In this document: positions 19,072 through 28,353 of the stretch, piece after piece
Layout: each line of letters opens with the position of its first letter
Numbering within the stretch: position 1 is the first letter of the stretch
Assembly: GCA_963666925.2 (NCBI GenBank)
Contig: CAXXTC010000002.1
Span: 21,983 to 85,982, forward strand
Reading direction: 5' to 3'
DNA: 64,000 bases
Source: Phycisphaerae bacterium
GTDB lineage: Bacteria > Planctomycetota > Phycisphaerae > UBA1845 > Fen-1342
Position numbers and translations under genes: made by a program
Notes under the pieces: generated by a model
What the model was told of the DNA's origin: nothing
What the model saw: the letters and a program-made list of their open reading frames with translations, nothing else
The model's database searches: none

Positions 19072-20301
19072 CTACCCCCCGCTGTTGGCCACGCCGAAGA
19101 CGATCACGGTAGAGAGCAACTCGCGGATCAGCGAAATAGCCCCGTACGTCGAACTGTCCGCGTAATACTGACCTTCCTCGGTCAGCTCGAGCGTGCCGGT
19201 CGGTAGGTCGACCAGCGTGATCTGCTCGATGAGCAGGTCCTCCAGAGGCAGATCGGCGAAATCGTTGAGCGTGTACGTCGTTACGGCCGCGATCTGCTCG
19301 ACCACGTCCAGACCCGAAACCACGGTGCCAAACACGGGACATCCCGGCGTGTCGCCGACGGCGTCGTACTGCGCGTTGTCCGCCAGGTTCACGAAAAACT
19401 CCGGCACCGCCACGTCCTCATCGTCGTCGCTCTGAAGCAGCGCTACCCTGCCGAGCTTGTTCGACAACCCGCCGACCGATTCATTGGTGATGACACCGCT
19501 GTCGCTCAGCGCCACCGGGCCCAGCGTATAGCCGCCACCCTGCACAATAAAGTTCGGCACGACGCGGTGAAACACCGTGTCGTCGTAGAAATCGGCGTCG
19601 ACGTATTCGAGGAAGTTGTCGACAGTCAGCGGGGCCAGTTGCCCGTCGAGATCAACCGTGATATCGCCCAGCGAAGTGCTGATCAGCACGCGCATCTTGC
19701 CGTTCACCCGGCCGACGCGTTCTATCGACTCGATGATGACGTCCTCTTCGGGTACGTCGCTCAACCCGTTGCGGGTGGTGGTCGTGACCACGCTCATGGA
19801 CTGGATCACGCTGAAACCCTGCACGATTTCGCCGAAGACGGTGTACCCGTCCGCCCCGGACGTCGCGTCGAGGCTGTCGTTGTCCACGACGTTGAAGTAA
19901 AACTGAGCAGTGGCCGAGTCCACGTCGGAGGTGCGTGCCATGCCGATCGTCCCGCTCAGGTTCAACAGGCCGTTGTCCGACTCGTTGACGATCGGGTCAC
20001 CGGTTTCCTTCAACACCAAGCCGAGTTCGTAGCCGCCGGCCCGCACCAGGCTCGTGGGATCGACCTCGTGGAAGAGGGTGTTTTCGTAGTAGCCGCTGTC
20101 GACGAGCACGGCGAAGGCCGCCGTCGCCTCGGGGGCGTCGTCGGTCTCCAACCGAATCGTGAAGCTGCCCAGTGACGTGTCCACGACGGCGCCGGTGTCG
20201 ATTCTTTCGGCCACGTACGGACAGCCGGCGATCTGGAACACAACCAGCGTCAAAAGACTAACTCGCGACCACGCCACCAATACGGATCCTGGGTGCCTCA
20301 T
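19072..20301 (-). CDS. Tandem two-domain cyclophilin-type peptidyl-prolyl isomerase, lipoprotein
   Basis: Lipobox IAGC; two TSLG...AP.T..NF...Y..T.FH..NE...VFG repeats; hydrophobic C-terminal tail. Confidence 0.85.
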   Translation of the reverse strand: MRHPGSVLVAWSRVSLLTLVVFQIAGCPYVAERIDTGAVVDTSLGSFTIRLETDDAPEATAAFAVLVDSGYYENTLFHEVDPTSLVRAGGYELGLVLKETGDPIVNESDNGLLNLSGTIGMARTSDVDSATAQFYFNVVDNDSLDATSGADGYTVFGEIVQGFSVIQSMSVVTTTTRNGLSDVPEEDVIIESIERVGRVNGKMRVLISTSLGDITVDLDGQLAPLTVDNFLEYVDADFYDDTVFHRVVPNFIVQGGGYTLGPVALSDSGVITNESVGGLSNKLGRVALLQSDDDEDVAVPEFFVNLADNAQYDAVGDTPGCPVFGTVVSGLDVVEQIAAVTTYTLNDFADLPLEDLLIEQITLVDLPTGTLELTEEGQYYADSSTYGAISLIRELLSTVIVFGVANSGG

Positions 20302-20358
20302 ACCTGGGTCTCTCCGCAGATTAATCACAATCGAGCCACACCGACGCGGGCAGTCATC

Positions 20359-21591
20359 CTACGGCGTTATCGGTGCAACCACCGGCGGCAGCACGATGTC
20401 CGAAATGCCCGTACCCAGAGATTGCAGCATCGTCTGCCGGAAGGTGCTGTTGTTGTTGTCGTTACGCAGGATGCGAGCGCGGTAATCGGCCACCGGGTCA
20501 TACATGGCGGTCACGCCAAACGGTCCGAACTTCAGGTTGGCCGCCAGCCACTCGCGGAAGCGCGTCTCGGGCGTATGCGGAACATCCAGCACGTCGCCCG
20601 CGGCCAGGGCCACATCCGGCCGCTCGCCATTCATGATCTTGTCAAGCTCGAGCTTCACGCGGACCTGATTACCGTTAGGAAGACGGCGCCACAGCGTCGC
20701 CTCCGGCGGGTCGAGGAAATCGCGCAACCCACCACTGGCGGCCAGCGCGCGGACCAGCGAAACCTCGCCGCTGCGTGGCACGCTGACGACCCCGGGCGCG
20801 TTGACCAGCCCGATCACGTACACCACGTCCTGCGGTGCGGCCGCCACCATCACCACGTCACCCGACTCCAGCGGCGCCGCCGACAGCGCCCGCCGCACGT
20901 CGTTGATGTTGTTGAAATCGAAAACCAGCGGCTCGCGATCAGCCCGGATCGGCCGCAAGCGCACCAGCCCGGAACTGTCCATCTGGAAACCGCCGGCCTG
21001 GCTGACCGCGTAGACCACGTTTCGCTGATCGCCCGGCAGCTCGATCAGGCCGGGCTGAGTCACCGCCCCCTGCACCAGCACCGTGGTGCTCTCGGCGCCG
21101 GCCAGCCGAACGTAGACCGCCAGATCCTTGACGACATCAGCATGGGCCGTGACGATCGCCTGTTCGACGCCACCGAGCGTCAGCCCGGCAACTTCGATCT
21201 TCCCAACGATGGGGAACACAATCGTGCCATCATCGTGCACGCGGAATTCGAGGTTCACCGGCTCATAGCGGTCCTCGCGCAGCCCGAGCAGCGTGATGGC
21301 CAGCACATCGCCGTCCACCACTTGGTAAGGCTGCACATCCGCCAGCGCCAGTTCTTCGGGCTTCACCACGGCCGGGGGCTCCGCCGACGCGACGGCTTGC
21401 AGATCCTCCAGCTCGCTCATGGTAATGCGCGTGTCTTTCTGACACCCGCCGGCCACTAGCAGAACCGCCACCGCAGGCAGGACCACCAGCATCCGACCGA
21501 GATACGCGCCGCGCCGTCGATGATCACGCTGTCGCGTCCCGTCGGACCACCTGTCCGCTGACCGCGACCATGTATTTGATGGGCTCATCAC
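20359..21591 (-). CDS. Polysaccharide export lipoprotein (Wza/Poly_export plus SLBB domains)
   Basis: Lipobox AGGC; YQVVDGDVL, RVHDDGTIVFPIVGKIEVAGLTL, GAVTQPG, VIGLVNAPG, ALAASGG; start uncertain (21591/21588/21492). Confidence 0.85.
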   Translation of the reverse strand: MMSPSNTWSRSADRWSDGTRQRDHRRRGAYLGRMLVVLPAVAVLLVAGGCQKDTRITMSELEDLQAVASAEPPAVVKPEELALADVQPYQVVDGDVLAITLLGLREDRYEPVNLEFRVHDDGTIVFPIVGKIEVAGLTLGGVEQAIVTAHADVVKDLAVYVRLAGAESTTVLVQGAVTQPGLIELPGDQRNVVYAVSQAGGFQMDSSGLVRLRPIRADREPLVFDFNNINDVRRALSAAPLESGDVVMVAAAPQDVVYVIGLVNAPGVVSVPRSGEVSLVRALAASGGLRDFLDPPEATLWRRLPNGNQVRVKLELDKIMNGERPDVALAAGDVLDVPHTPETRFREWLAANLKFGPFGVTAMYDPVADYRARILRNDNNNSTFRQTMLQSLGTGISDIVLPPVVAPITP

Positions 21592-21675
21592 TTTCGACCA
21601 CCTTGCTAGTAATGGACAACTGCCCGGCCCGACCGATCTGGCCGAAACCGAACTGACTGGCCCGATGCCGATGTT

Positions 21676-24600
21676 TCAATTCTGTTGCGCGGCCTCTTGC
21701 AAGGCCATTAATTCCTTACGCTCAACATCATCGAACACTTCGGCTCCACCTCTTGACACAATGGCCCGTTCAGCGGCCAGGGCCGCCGACGCATTCTCCC
21801 GCGCCGCCCCCGTTGCCGCCAGCCGACCACAGGTCCGGGCCACGTTGAACAGTGCCCGGGCTTGCACGGCAGAATCTGCCGGCGTGAGCCGAACCACGCG
21901 CTCGAAGGCTGCCCGCGCCTCCCCCAGCAGTTCCATCCGCGACAGAACGGTGCCCAATGTGTCGTGGTAGTTGGGATCCTGGGGCCGCTGGGCAACCGCC
22001 TGCTGGGCATACTCGCGGGCCCGCTGCAAATCTGCCGGCGACGCGCCTGTCGCCTGGGCGAGCAGCCAGGCCAGATTATTCAACGCTTCGGGGAATCCCG
22101 GCGTAGCCTGGAGCGCTCGCCGGTAGGCCGCCGCCGCCGCCGCCAGGTCACCCAACGCATATTGCAGGTTACCGACCGCAACCAGCGTGTCGCTGTCAGA
22201 TCGGATTGCCTGGACTTGTCCGCACAGCCTCAAGACCAACTCGCGCTGCTCCGGCACGCGTGCCAACAATTGCGCCGCGGTGAGCAGCAGCGTGCCGGTC
22301 GTCTGCTCCGATCCACTCTGCGCCTCGGCCCAGGCTACCAGCTCAGTGTACTGTCCGCACGCCGCCCACAGCCGCAAACGCGCCTCGATCACCGCGGGAT
22401 CATCGGGCGCTGCCACCCGAGCCGCTTCCATGTGCCGCTCCGCCTCATCCAGATGACCCAGGTCGTTCTGAATGCGCGCCAGCGCCAACAATGCCGTCAC
22501 CTGCGCTCCCCCGGACGCGTTTGCGCTGAACTGCTCCAGGCCGGCCACCGCCTCGTCCGCACGTCCCAGTGCAAGCAACGTTTCGGCCCGCACCATTTGC
22601 AGCTCTACGGCGTCCGCGTGCTCCGCCAGCCACCCTTCAATTCGACCCAGCGCGTCTTCGAGCACCAATTGACTATCCAGGCGCCGCCCGACAGCCACCA
22701 GCGTTTGCAGCGCTGCCAGGTTGCCGGGATCGTCGTCGAGCACTTCCCCGGCCAGCTCGGACGCCCGGTTCAGGCTACCCAGCAGCAGCTCGAGGCGTGC
22801 CTGTCGGGCGCGCAGGCTGGGCACTGGGCCATGCACGTCCAGGCCGCGCAACACCAGCGCCCGGGCCGTCTCAGCATCCGATAACCGTAGCGCCAAATCG
22901 CTCAGCCCGATCAGCGCCTCCGGTCCGCCGGAGGGAATCGCCGTCAACGCCTGTCCGAGATAGCCCCTGATGTCGGCCTGACGTCCCCAGAGATCCAGCG
23001 CCGCCAGGTTCTCCGCCGCCAGCCACAACCATTCGACGTTCTCCTCGGGCACCAGCTCGCGCAGTTCATCCAGCAGTTCCCCCATGCGCTCCAAATCGCC
23101 CGGCTGGCGTCGCAGCAGCAGCGCCTTGCACAGCCCGCGCCGCAGCACCACCGAATCAGGTTCCGCGTCCAGCCCCTGCTCCCAAGCGGCAATCGCCTGG
23201 TCGAGCTCGCCGCGCTGGGCGTAAAACTCGCCCAGCATGGCCGCCCCCAACTGGTCCGGAGCGAGCTGCGCGATGCGCTGATAGTCGGCCTCCGCTCGAT
23301 CGGGCTGGCCGTGGGACATCCAGAACGCGGCCCGTAGCGCCAACGTCTCGCGCGATTCGTCCGCCGTCACCAACTCGTCCAGCAGTCGGCCGGCTTCGTC
23401 CACTCGATCTTCCGCGGCCAGAATCCCGACGCGTATCCGCGCGACGTCGGCCGGCGCTGCACCTCGCTCGGCAGCCTGATCCAGATACGCGAGCGCCTGC
23501 TCAGCGGCGCCATCACGCGAGTACACCAGCGTCGCCAGCCGCAGGAGGTCCGTCGGGTCAGCCTGATCGCGTGAGGCCCGCAGCTTCAACTCGGTTATCG
23601 CCTCGTCCTGGGCCCCGCTCCCCAGCGCCAGCATCAGTCGGCGCGCGTCGGCCACACCGCGGCCCAACTCCAACTGGAACCGATCCAGCAGATCGCGGGC
23701 TTCTTCGAAACGCTGCTGGCGCTGCAATAGAGCGAGCAGCCGCTCGATAACGTCGGCGGCTCGGTCCACCTGCAACCCCGCCGAGTAGGTCCGCTCCGCA
23801 TCCTCGAAACGCCCCTGCCGCTCGTAGACCTCACCCAACAGCAAAATCGAATCCGCCTGGGTCGGGTCAGCCTCGATGCAGTAGCGCAGCAACCGCTCCA
23901 GCTCGGGCACGCGCTGCGACCAGCCGGGGCCATACAGCCATACGCGAGCCTGACCCAGGCGCCAGGTCAGCCCGGTTTCGCCCTCGACCTCGCGGATCTC
24001 GTCAACCAACCGCTGGGCCGCCTCCTGATCATCCAGAACTTCCGGCGACTGTAGCAACAGCGTCCGGATGGAAATATCATCAGGATGCGCCGCGGCCAAT
24101 TCCAGCAGCCGGGCCACGCCCTGCTCGCGCTCGCCTTCAAAAAACTCGACCGCAGCCAGCCGCACGTCGATCTGGAGCTGATCCTGCTCGCTCGCGACGG
24201 CCGACCGCCCGGCCTCGAGCGTCGCGCGCGCCGCCGCAAAATCACGCCCGGCGATTTGCCGCCCGGCCAGCATCAACCACGGCTGGGCCACGTCGCCGAC
24301 CGCCTCGCAGGCCGACCGCAATGTCTCAAGCGCCTCGTCCGGGCGTCCCTGCGACGTGTACATGCCGACCAGCGCCAGGTAGGCGCCCAGAGGGTCTTCC
24401 GTCGCGGACAGGGCCGACCGCAGCTCCGCCTCCGCCCCGGCCGCCTCGCCACTGCCTTCCAGCGCCAGCGCCAACACCACACGCACGTCAGCACGCTCTG
24501 GATGAGCGTTGCGCAGTTCACGCAGCTCGGCCACCAACGGCGCCAGCACGCGTTCCTCTCCCCGCTCTTCCAGCGCCTGACCCACTCGCACGCTGTAGCG

Positions 24601-26106
24601 TAACACCACCGGCTCCAGGCCGTCTGCCAGCTCGTCCGCGTCGACCTGGTCAAGCAGGGCCAGCGCCCGCGTCCACTGCCCCCGCCGGGCGGCACTACGC
24701 GCCAGTTGCAGCGCGCTGTCGGCCGGCAGTTGCACACCGCCCGCAACCTCCTCGGCAATCCGGGCCAAGCGACCGGTTTGTCCGGTCCGGGCGTACGCAT
24801 CAACGAGCATCCCCATGATCACCGAGCCGGTGTGCCCACGCTCGACCAGGGGCTCCAATTGTGCAATGACTTCGTAGGGGTCGCCCTCCGCGTTAGCCAC
24901 CAGGGCCCGCAACGCCGCCACCGTCGTGCTCTCTGCCAGCACCACCCCGCTGTCTTCCAGCATCTCCACGTAGGTATCCAGACTCGCGCGCGCCTGGTCG
25001 ACCCGCCCCCCGAGCACAAACAAACGTACGGCCGTCGGGAGCAGGGCGCCGTACTGGCGCCGGCCTTTCAATTCCGGCAACGTGGCTTCCGCCGCCTGCA
25101 CGCCGCGCTCCCCCCAACCGGCCTTGAGACACAGGTTGGCCTCGGCCATGAAACAGCTCGCCACCCAATCCAGCTGGTCGACGTACTGCTCACGTGTGGC
25201 TGCGCGGGGCAACGTGCGGGCGTGCGCCAACACCTCCCCGGCCCGATCATACTCACCCAACTCCGCCAGTTCCCGGGTCACTGCCAGCAACGACTGCGGA
25301 TCATCGCCCGCTTGTTCGGCCGCCCGATCCGCCGCCTCCCGCGCCTGCGCGAACATATTCGCCGATTCCGGCCCACCCTCGGCCGCGATGCTGCGCAGAA
25401 CGGCCGCACGAAACGCGTCAACCAGAGCGGAATCAGTCGACCTGCCGGCCGCCTCATCCAAAATCGATAACGCTTTTTGACGCGCGTCATTCGCGCCCTG
25501 GTGGAGTATCACCTCCGCCAATTGCAAGCTCGCCTCGACATACTCCGCAGCACGTTGCGGGTCGTCGCGGATAGTGTCAAGCAGGCCTTCAAGCTCGGTG
25601 CGCGCCGGGGCAATCTGCTGGCGCGACAACAACTCCTGGCACTTCGCAATGATCGCCCCCGGATCACCCGGAACCGCTTCCAGGCGTATCCCCGCCACAT
25701 AACCCAACTCGGCATAATCACGCATCGACCGATACAGCAACACCAGTCGCTCGAACGCGGCCCTGTCAGACGGATCCTGGCGAAACACCTCCCGATAGGC
25801 AGAAATCGCCTGTGAAATCCGCGTCGTCAGCAGCGGCTCGCTCGACAGTTGCGCTTCGGCATACTTGCGCAACACATCCGCATCCTGGCGATGCTGCGAG
25901 AGATAGTGTCCCAGCTTGACCCGCGCCGTATCCCAATCCCCCTCCGCATATGCAGCCAGACCAGCCGCTAACGCCTGCTCCACCATCGCCCGCTTGCGCC
26001 AGCGGTGGGTGAAATACCCCCCCACAACCAACAGGATCACCGCCAGAGCGATGATAATAAAAACGCCAATGCGGGTTGCACCAGACCTCGTCGGCCTTCC
26101 AGCCAT
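21676..26106 (-). CDS. Giant TPR-repeat protein with N-terminal membrane anchor (PrsT-like, EPS/PEP-CTERM associated)
   Basis: 1476 aa, TM near N-terminus, many TPR units, terminal ALNNLAWLL...YHDTLG typical of this class; adjacent to Wza and PEP-CTERM-type genes. Confidence 0.8.
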   Translation of the reverse strand: MAGRPTRSGATRIGVFIIIALAVILLVVGGYFTHRWRKRAMVEQALAAGLAAYAEGDWDTARVKLGHYLSQHRQDADVLRKYAEAQLSSEPLLTTRISQAISAYREVFRQDPSDRAAFERLVLLYRSMRDYAELGYVAGIRLEAVPGDPGAIIAKCQELLSRQQIAPARTELEGLLDTIRDDPQRAAEYVEASLQLAEVILHQGANDARQKALSILDEAAGRSTDSALVDAFRAAVLRSIAAEGGPESANMFAQAREAADRAAEQAGDDPQSLLAVTRELAELGEYDRAGEVLAHARTLPRAATREQYVDQLDWVASCFMAEANLCLKAGWGERGVQAAEATLPELKGRRQYGALLPTAVRLFVLGGRVDQARASLDTYVEMLEDSGVVLAESTTVAALRALVANAEGDPYEVIAQLEPLVERGHTGSVIMGMLVDAYARTGQTGRLARIAEEVAGGVQLPADSALQLARSAARRGQWTRALALLDQVDADELADGLEPVVLRYSVRVGQALEERGEERVLAPLVAELRELRNAHPERADVRVVLALALEGSGEAAGAEAELRSALSATEDPLGAYLALVGMYTSQGRPDEALETLRSACEAVGDVAQPWLMLAGRQIAGRDFAAARATLEAGRSAVASEQDQLQIDVRLAAVEFFEGEREQGVARLLELAAAHPDDISIRTLLLQSPEVLDDQEAAQRLVDEIREVEGETGLTWRLGQARVWLYGPGWSQRVPELERLLRYCIEADPTQADSILLLGEVYERQGRFEDAERTYSAGLQVDRAADVIERLLALLQRQQRFEEARDLLDRFQLELGRGVADARRLMLALGSGAQDEAITELKLRASRDQADPTDLLRLATLVYSRDGAAEQALAYLDQAAERGAAPADVARIRVGILAAEDRVDEAGRLLDELVTADESRETLALRAAFWMSHGQPDRAEADYQRIAQLAPDQLGAAMLGEFYAQRGELDQAIAAWEQGLDAEPDSVVLRRGLCKALLLRRQPGDLERMGELLDELRELVPEENVEWLWLAAENLAALDLWGRQADIRGYLGQALTAIPSGGPEALIGLSDLALRLSDAETARALVLRGLDVHGPVPSLRARQARLELLLGSLNRASELAGEVLDDDPGNLAALQTLVAVGRRLDSQLVLEDALGRIEGWLAEHADAVELQMVRAETLLALGRADEAVAGLEQFSANASGGAQVTALLALARIQNDLGHLDEAERHMEAARVAAPDDPAVIEARLRLWAACGQYTELVAWAEAQSGSEQTTGTLLLTAAQLLARVPEQRELVLRLCGQVQAIRSDSDTLVAVGNLQYALGDLAAAAAAYRRALQATPGFPEALNNLAWLLAQATGASPADLQRAREYAQQAVAQRPQDPNYHDTLGTVLSRMELLGEARAAFERVVRLTPADSAVQARALFNVARTCGRLAATGAARENASAALAAERAIVSRGGAEVFDDVERKELMALQEAAQQN

Positions 26107-26425
26107 TCCGTACCCCTTGAATCGGCCCGCTCATCAAATCGAATCTGCTGGGCCGTCGCCATGCCAGCACACCGATCGGTTCGCCGGAATACGATCCATT
26201 CCTGCAACGACCGGACAGGCACCCGGCAAGAAACCTCGCCAGACAACGATCCCTAACACCCGCCAGCGCCGGAGCCGCTCTTACGGCGACTTCGGTACTG
26301 AACTGAGAGTGAGGCTCGTAATCTACCTCATCCCGCCGGCGCCAACCACTGGCGATACTACCCAAAGCTCCTATCGGAACCCCCACTACGTTCGGCTCGG
26401 AGTTCCCCCGCCCCAGCATGAGAAC

Positions 26426-26459
26426 GGGCCCCGCGACTCGCCTGGAGCCGCGGGGCCCG
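26426..26459 (-). terminator. Hairpin downstream of 26515..27180
   Basis: GGGCCCCGCGGCTC-CAGGC-GAGTCGCGGGGCCC followed by GTTCTC on minus strand. Confidence 0.5.
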
Positions 26460-26514
26460 GAAGATCCACTCGCAATGGTCGACACCTGTACAGGTGTCGG
26501 TGGGATCAGTCAGA

Positions 26515-27180
26515 CTAGGCCAGGTGACGCTTCATCCGCGCGACCAGACCGAGGCCCACGACGCCCAGCAACACCGCGCCCGGAACGGGCACGAGCACGA
26601 GCTGGTCCTGGCCACCTTCACCGTTCGAGTTGCGCGTCAGGTTGGCAACGCGAACGTTTCCGAATCCGTCCCAGCCGGCAACGTCGAATTCGAGGATGCC
26701 GTCCTGCCACCAGCCGTTGCTCGCAGCCAGGTTGCGGGCGTTGTTCAACTGGCCCGCCTTGCTCGGGAAGTGGTTCACCAGTTGGCTGTGCGAATAGCCC
26801 ATCGAACGCCAGATGGAATACTGGAGGGCATCGTTCACAGCATTGGTGTCGGCGTAGCCGGAGAGCGCGCCGTTGCGGAAGTTGGTGTACAACCAGGCCG
26901 TCCGCTCGGACATGGTGTAGTCACTGCTGACCGTCGTTACGCCAATGCCCGTCACCGTGTAAGGCACGTTGGGCACGTAGATCAGCTCGCCGATCTCGAC
27001 GCAGAACGTCTGGAAACTGTTTCCCTGTGTGTTGTTTTGCAGCGTGATCGGACCGGCCAGGAGGGACAGGTCGTAGCCACCATTCGGAACGTAAACGACG
27101 TCACCAACGTCAGCGTCGATACCGGCCATGGCCGTCGAGGCCAACAGGGTCATAGCAGCGATAAGTGCGAATTTCTTCAT
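26515..27180 (-). CDS. Exosortase substrate (PEP-CTERM-like, VPVPGA) with thioester-domain-like FC...QxxIW motifs
   Basis: Signal MKKFALIAAMTLLASTAMA; FQTFCVE, ALQYSIW; C-terminus GQDQLVLVPVPGAVLLGVVGLGLVARMKRH. Confidence 0.85.
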   Translation of the reverse strand: MKKFALIAAMTLLASTAMAGIDADVGDVVYVPNGGYDLSLLAGPITLQNNTQGNSFQTFCVEIGELIYVPNVPYTVTGIGVTTVSSDYTMSERTAWLYTNFRNGALSGYADTNAVNDALQYSIWRSMGYSHSQLVNHFPSKAGQLNNARNLAASNGWWQDGILEFDVAGWDGFGNVRVANLTRNSNGEGGQDQLVLVPVPGAVLLGVVGLGLVARMKRHLA

Positions 27181-27185
27181 GATTC

Positions 27186-27307
27186 GTTCTCCTCAGCACC
27201 TCCGTCCATGCGGAGCATGCCAGCAGATTCCTGGGAAGACTCGCTCGACGCATCGCATACTTACGCGACGCACCCAATCGAGCGAGTCTCATCAAAATCT
27301 GGAGAAC
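27186..27307 (-). promoter_or_regulatory. Predicted SD-sequestering mRNA structure (translational attenuator A)
   Basis: Anti-SD GUUCUCC (27301-27307) complementary to SD GGAGAAC (27186-27192), enclosing CAGAUUUU/GGAAUCUG, a 12-bp perfect stem 27237-27248/27278-27289 and a side hairpin. Confidence 0.65.
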
Positions 27308-27909
27308 ACCGGTGGGCCGCGGGGCGCGCTGGCCAACGCGAGCAGCACACCAGCCAAAACTCGGTCTGGCCCCCGTGAATAACTGGGAACAACACCGACT
27401 GTCGCCACAACTTCATCGAAGAGGCAGGCCGGCAGTTGCTGCGTATCGTTTCTATCCGGATCAAACGGCGTGGTGTGGCCGATCTGCTGCGGGCCGCCGG
27501 TGTGATACCACTCCGCCGGTGCCGCGAGTTGCCCGCGCCGCAAGGCCTGGCGTACCTGGTACAGGCTCAGTCCTGCCAGAGCTGTCAGCCCCAGCGCCAG
27601 ACTGCTGGGCGCCGGTGGCAACTCGCTCAGTTCGCCGCTTGCGTCCGCGCCCCGTTCGGCCGGCAGCCCGCCCGATGTGGGCACGAAGTCCGCCACTTCA
27701 GGCCAGACCGTCTCGCCCTCATCCAGACCCGGGAACCCGTAGCGCAGCATCGGCACAAGGTCCGTTTGTGCCGCGTTCGGCGACTCCGTCGGCCTCAGCG
27801 ACTCAAGCGGATCACCCCCAGCCGACCGAGACTCCACCAAGCCGGCGAGAGCGCTCCCGGGAAGCAGTAGAGCGAGAGCAAACAGGGATGTCAGACGGCA
27901 ATTTCTCAC
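27292..27909 (-). CDS. Leader protein A: signal peptide, internal sorting-signal-like TM, C-terminal RGPP putative arrest motif
   Basis: Paralog of 30167..30781; ELPPAPSSLALGLTALAGLSLYQ, EWYHTGGPQQIGHTTP, APRGPPVFSRF-stop. Confidence 0.75.
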   Translation of the reverse strand: MRNCRLTSLFALALLLPGSALAGLVESRSAGGDPLESLRPTESPNAAQTDLVPMLRYGFPGLDEGETVWPEVADFVPTSGGLPAERGADASGELSELPPAPSSLALGLTALAGLSLYQVRQALRRGQLAAPAEWYHTGGPQQIGHTTPFDPDRNDTQQLPACLFDEVVATVGVVPSYSRGPDRVLAGVLLALASAPRGPPVFSRF

Positions 27910-27952
27910 AGAAACCCCGCAGATTGCTTCTTACCCAAACCTCAACTGTTTG

Positions 27953-27981
27953 ATGCTAGCGCTGTGCCCGCTCCCGGTCAA
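27953..27981 (-). promoter_or_regulatory. Putative sigma70 promoter for leader A
   Basis: TTGACC-N17-TAGCAT 43 bp upstream of GTG 27909. Confidence 0.6.
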
Positions 27982-28248
27982 CATTGTTCCTTTGAGACGT
28001 ACTCAGGAGCGATCACCACGGTCTAATAAGGTCACTGTCACCCCGCAGCCAAGGACTAAATCAACAACCAGGATCTATAGTGGTGCGGTTTGCAGGTCTA
28101 TAGATTCGATCTTATCACCCCTGCCGCAGTGCTGTGCCGGGGCAGAAAATAGGAATGTCCTCATAGTGCGAACAGCTGGTCTGTCGAGGGCGTGCAATTC
28201 GGACAACCGGGCACCGGTTCGCACTTCGGATCCCCCCATAACAACGAA

Positions 28249-28288
28249 CAGGCTCCCGCTCGTCTCCAAGCGGGAGCCTGCTTCTTTT
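28249..28288. terminator. Intrinsic (possibly bidirectional) terminator after 28354..29133
   Basis: CAGGCTCCCGCT-N8-AGCGGGAGCCTG, 12-bp stem with T-rich tails on both strands. Confidence 0.75.
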
Positions 28289-28353
28289 CGAACCGATGAC
28301 AGCCCCAACGGGCTATCGGACTTGCAAGACAATCGGCATCGCAGAGACGCCGG

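Noticed and set aside
25766..26485. 239-aa and 69-aa minus-strand ORFs upstream of the TPR gene as a third leader peptide
   Set aside because: No signal peptide, TM, EWYH motif or RGPP; overlaps the TPR gene out of frame.
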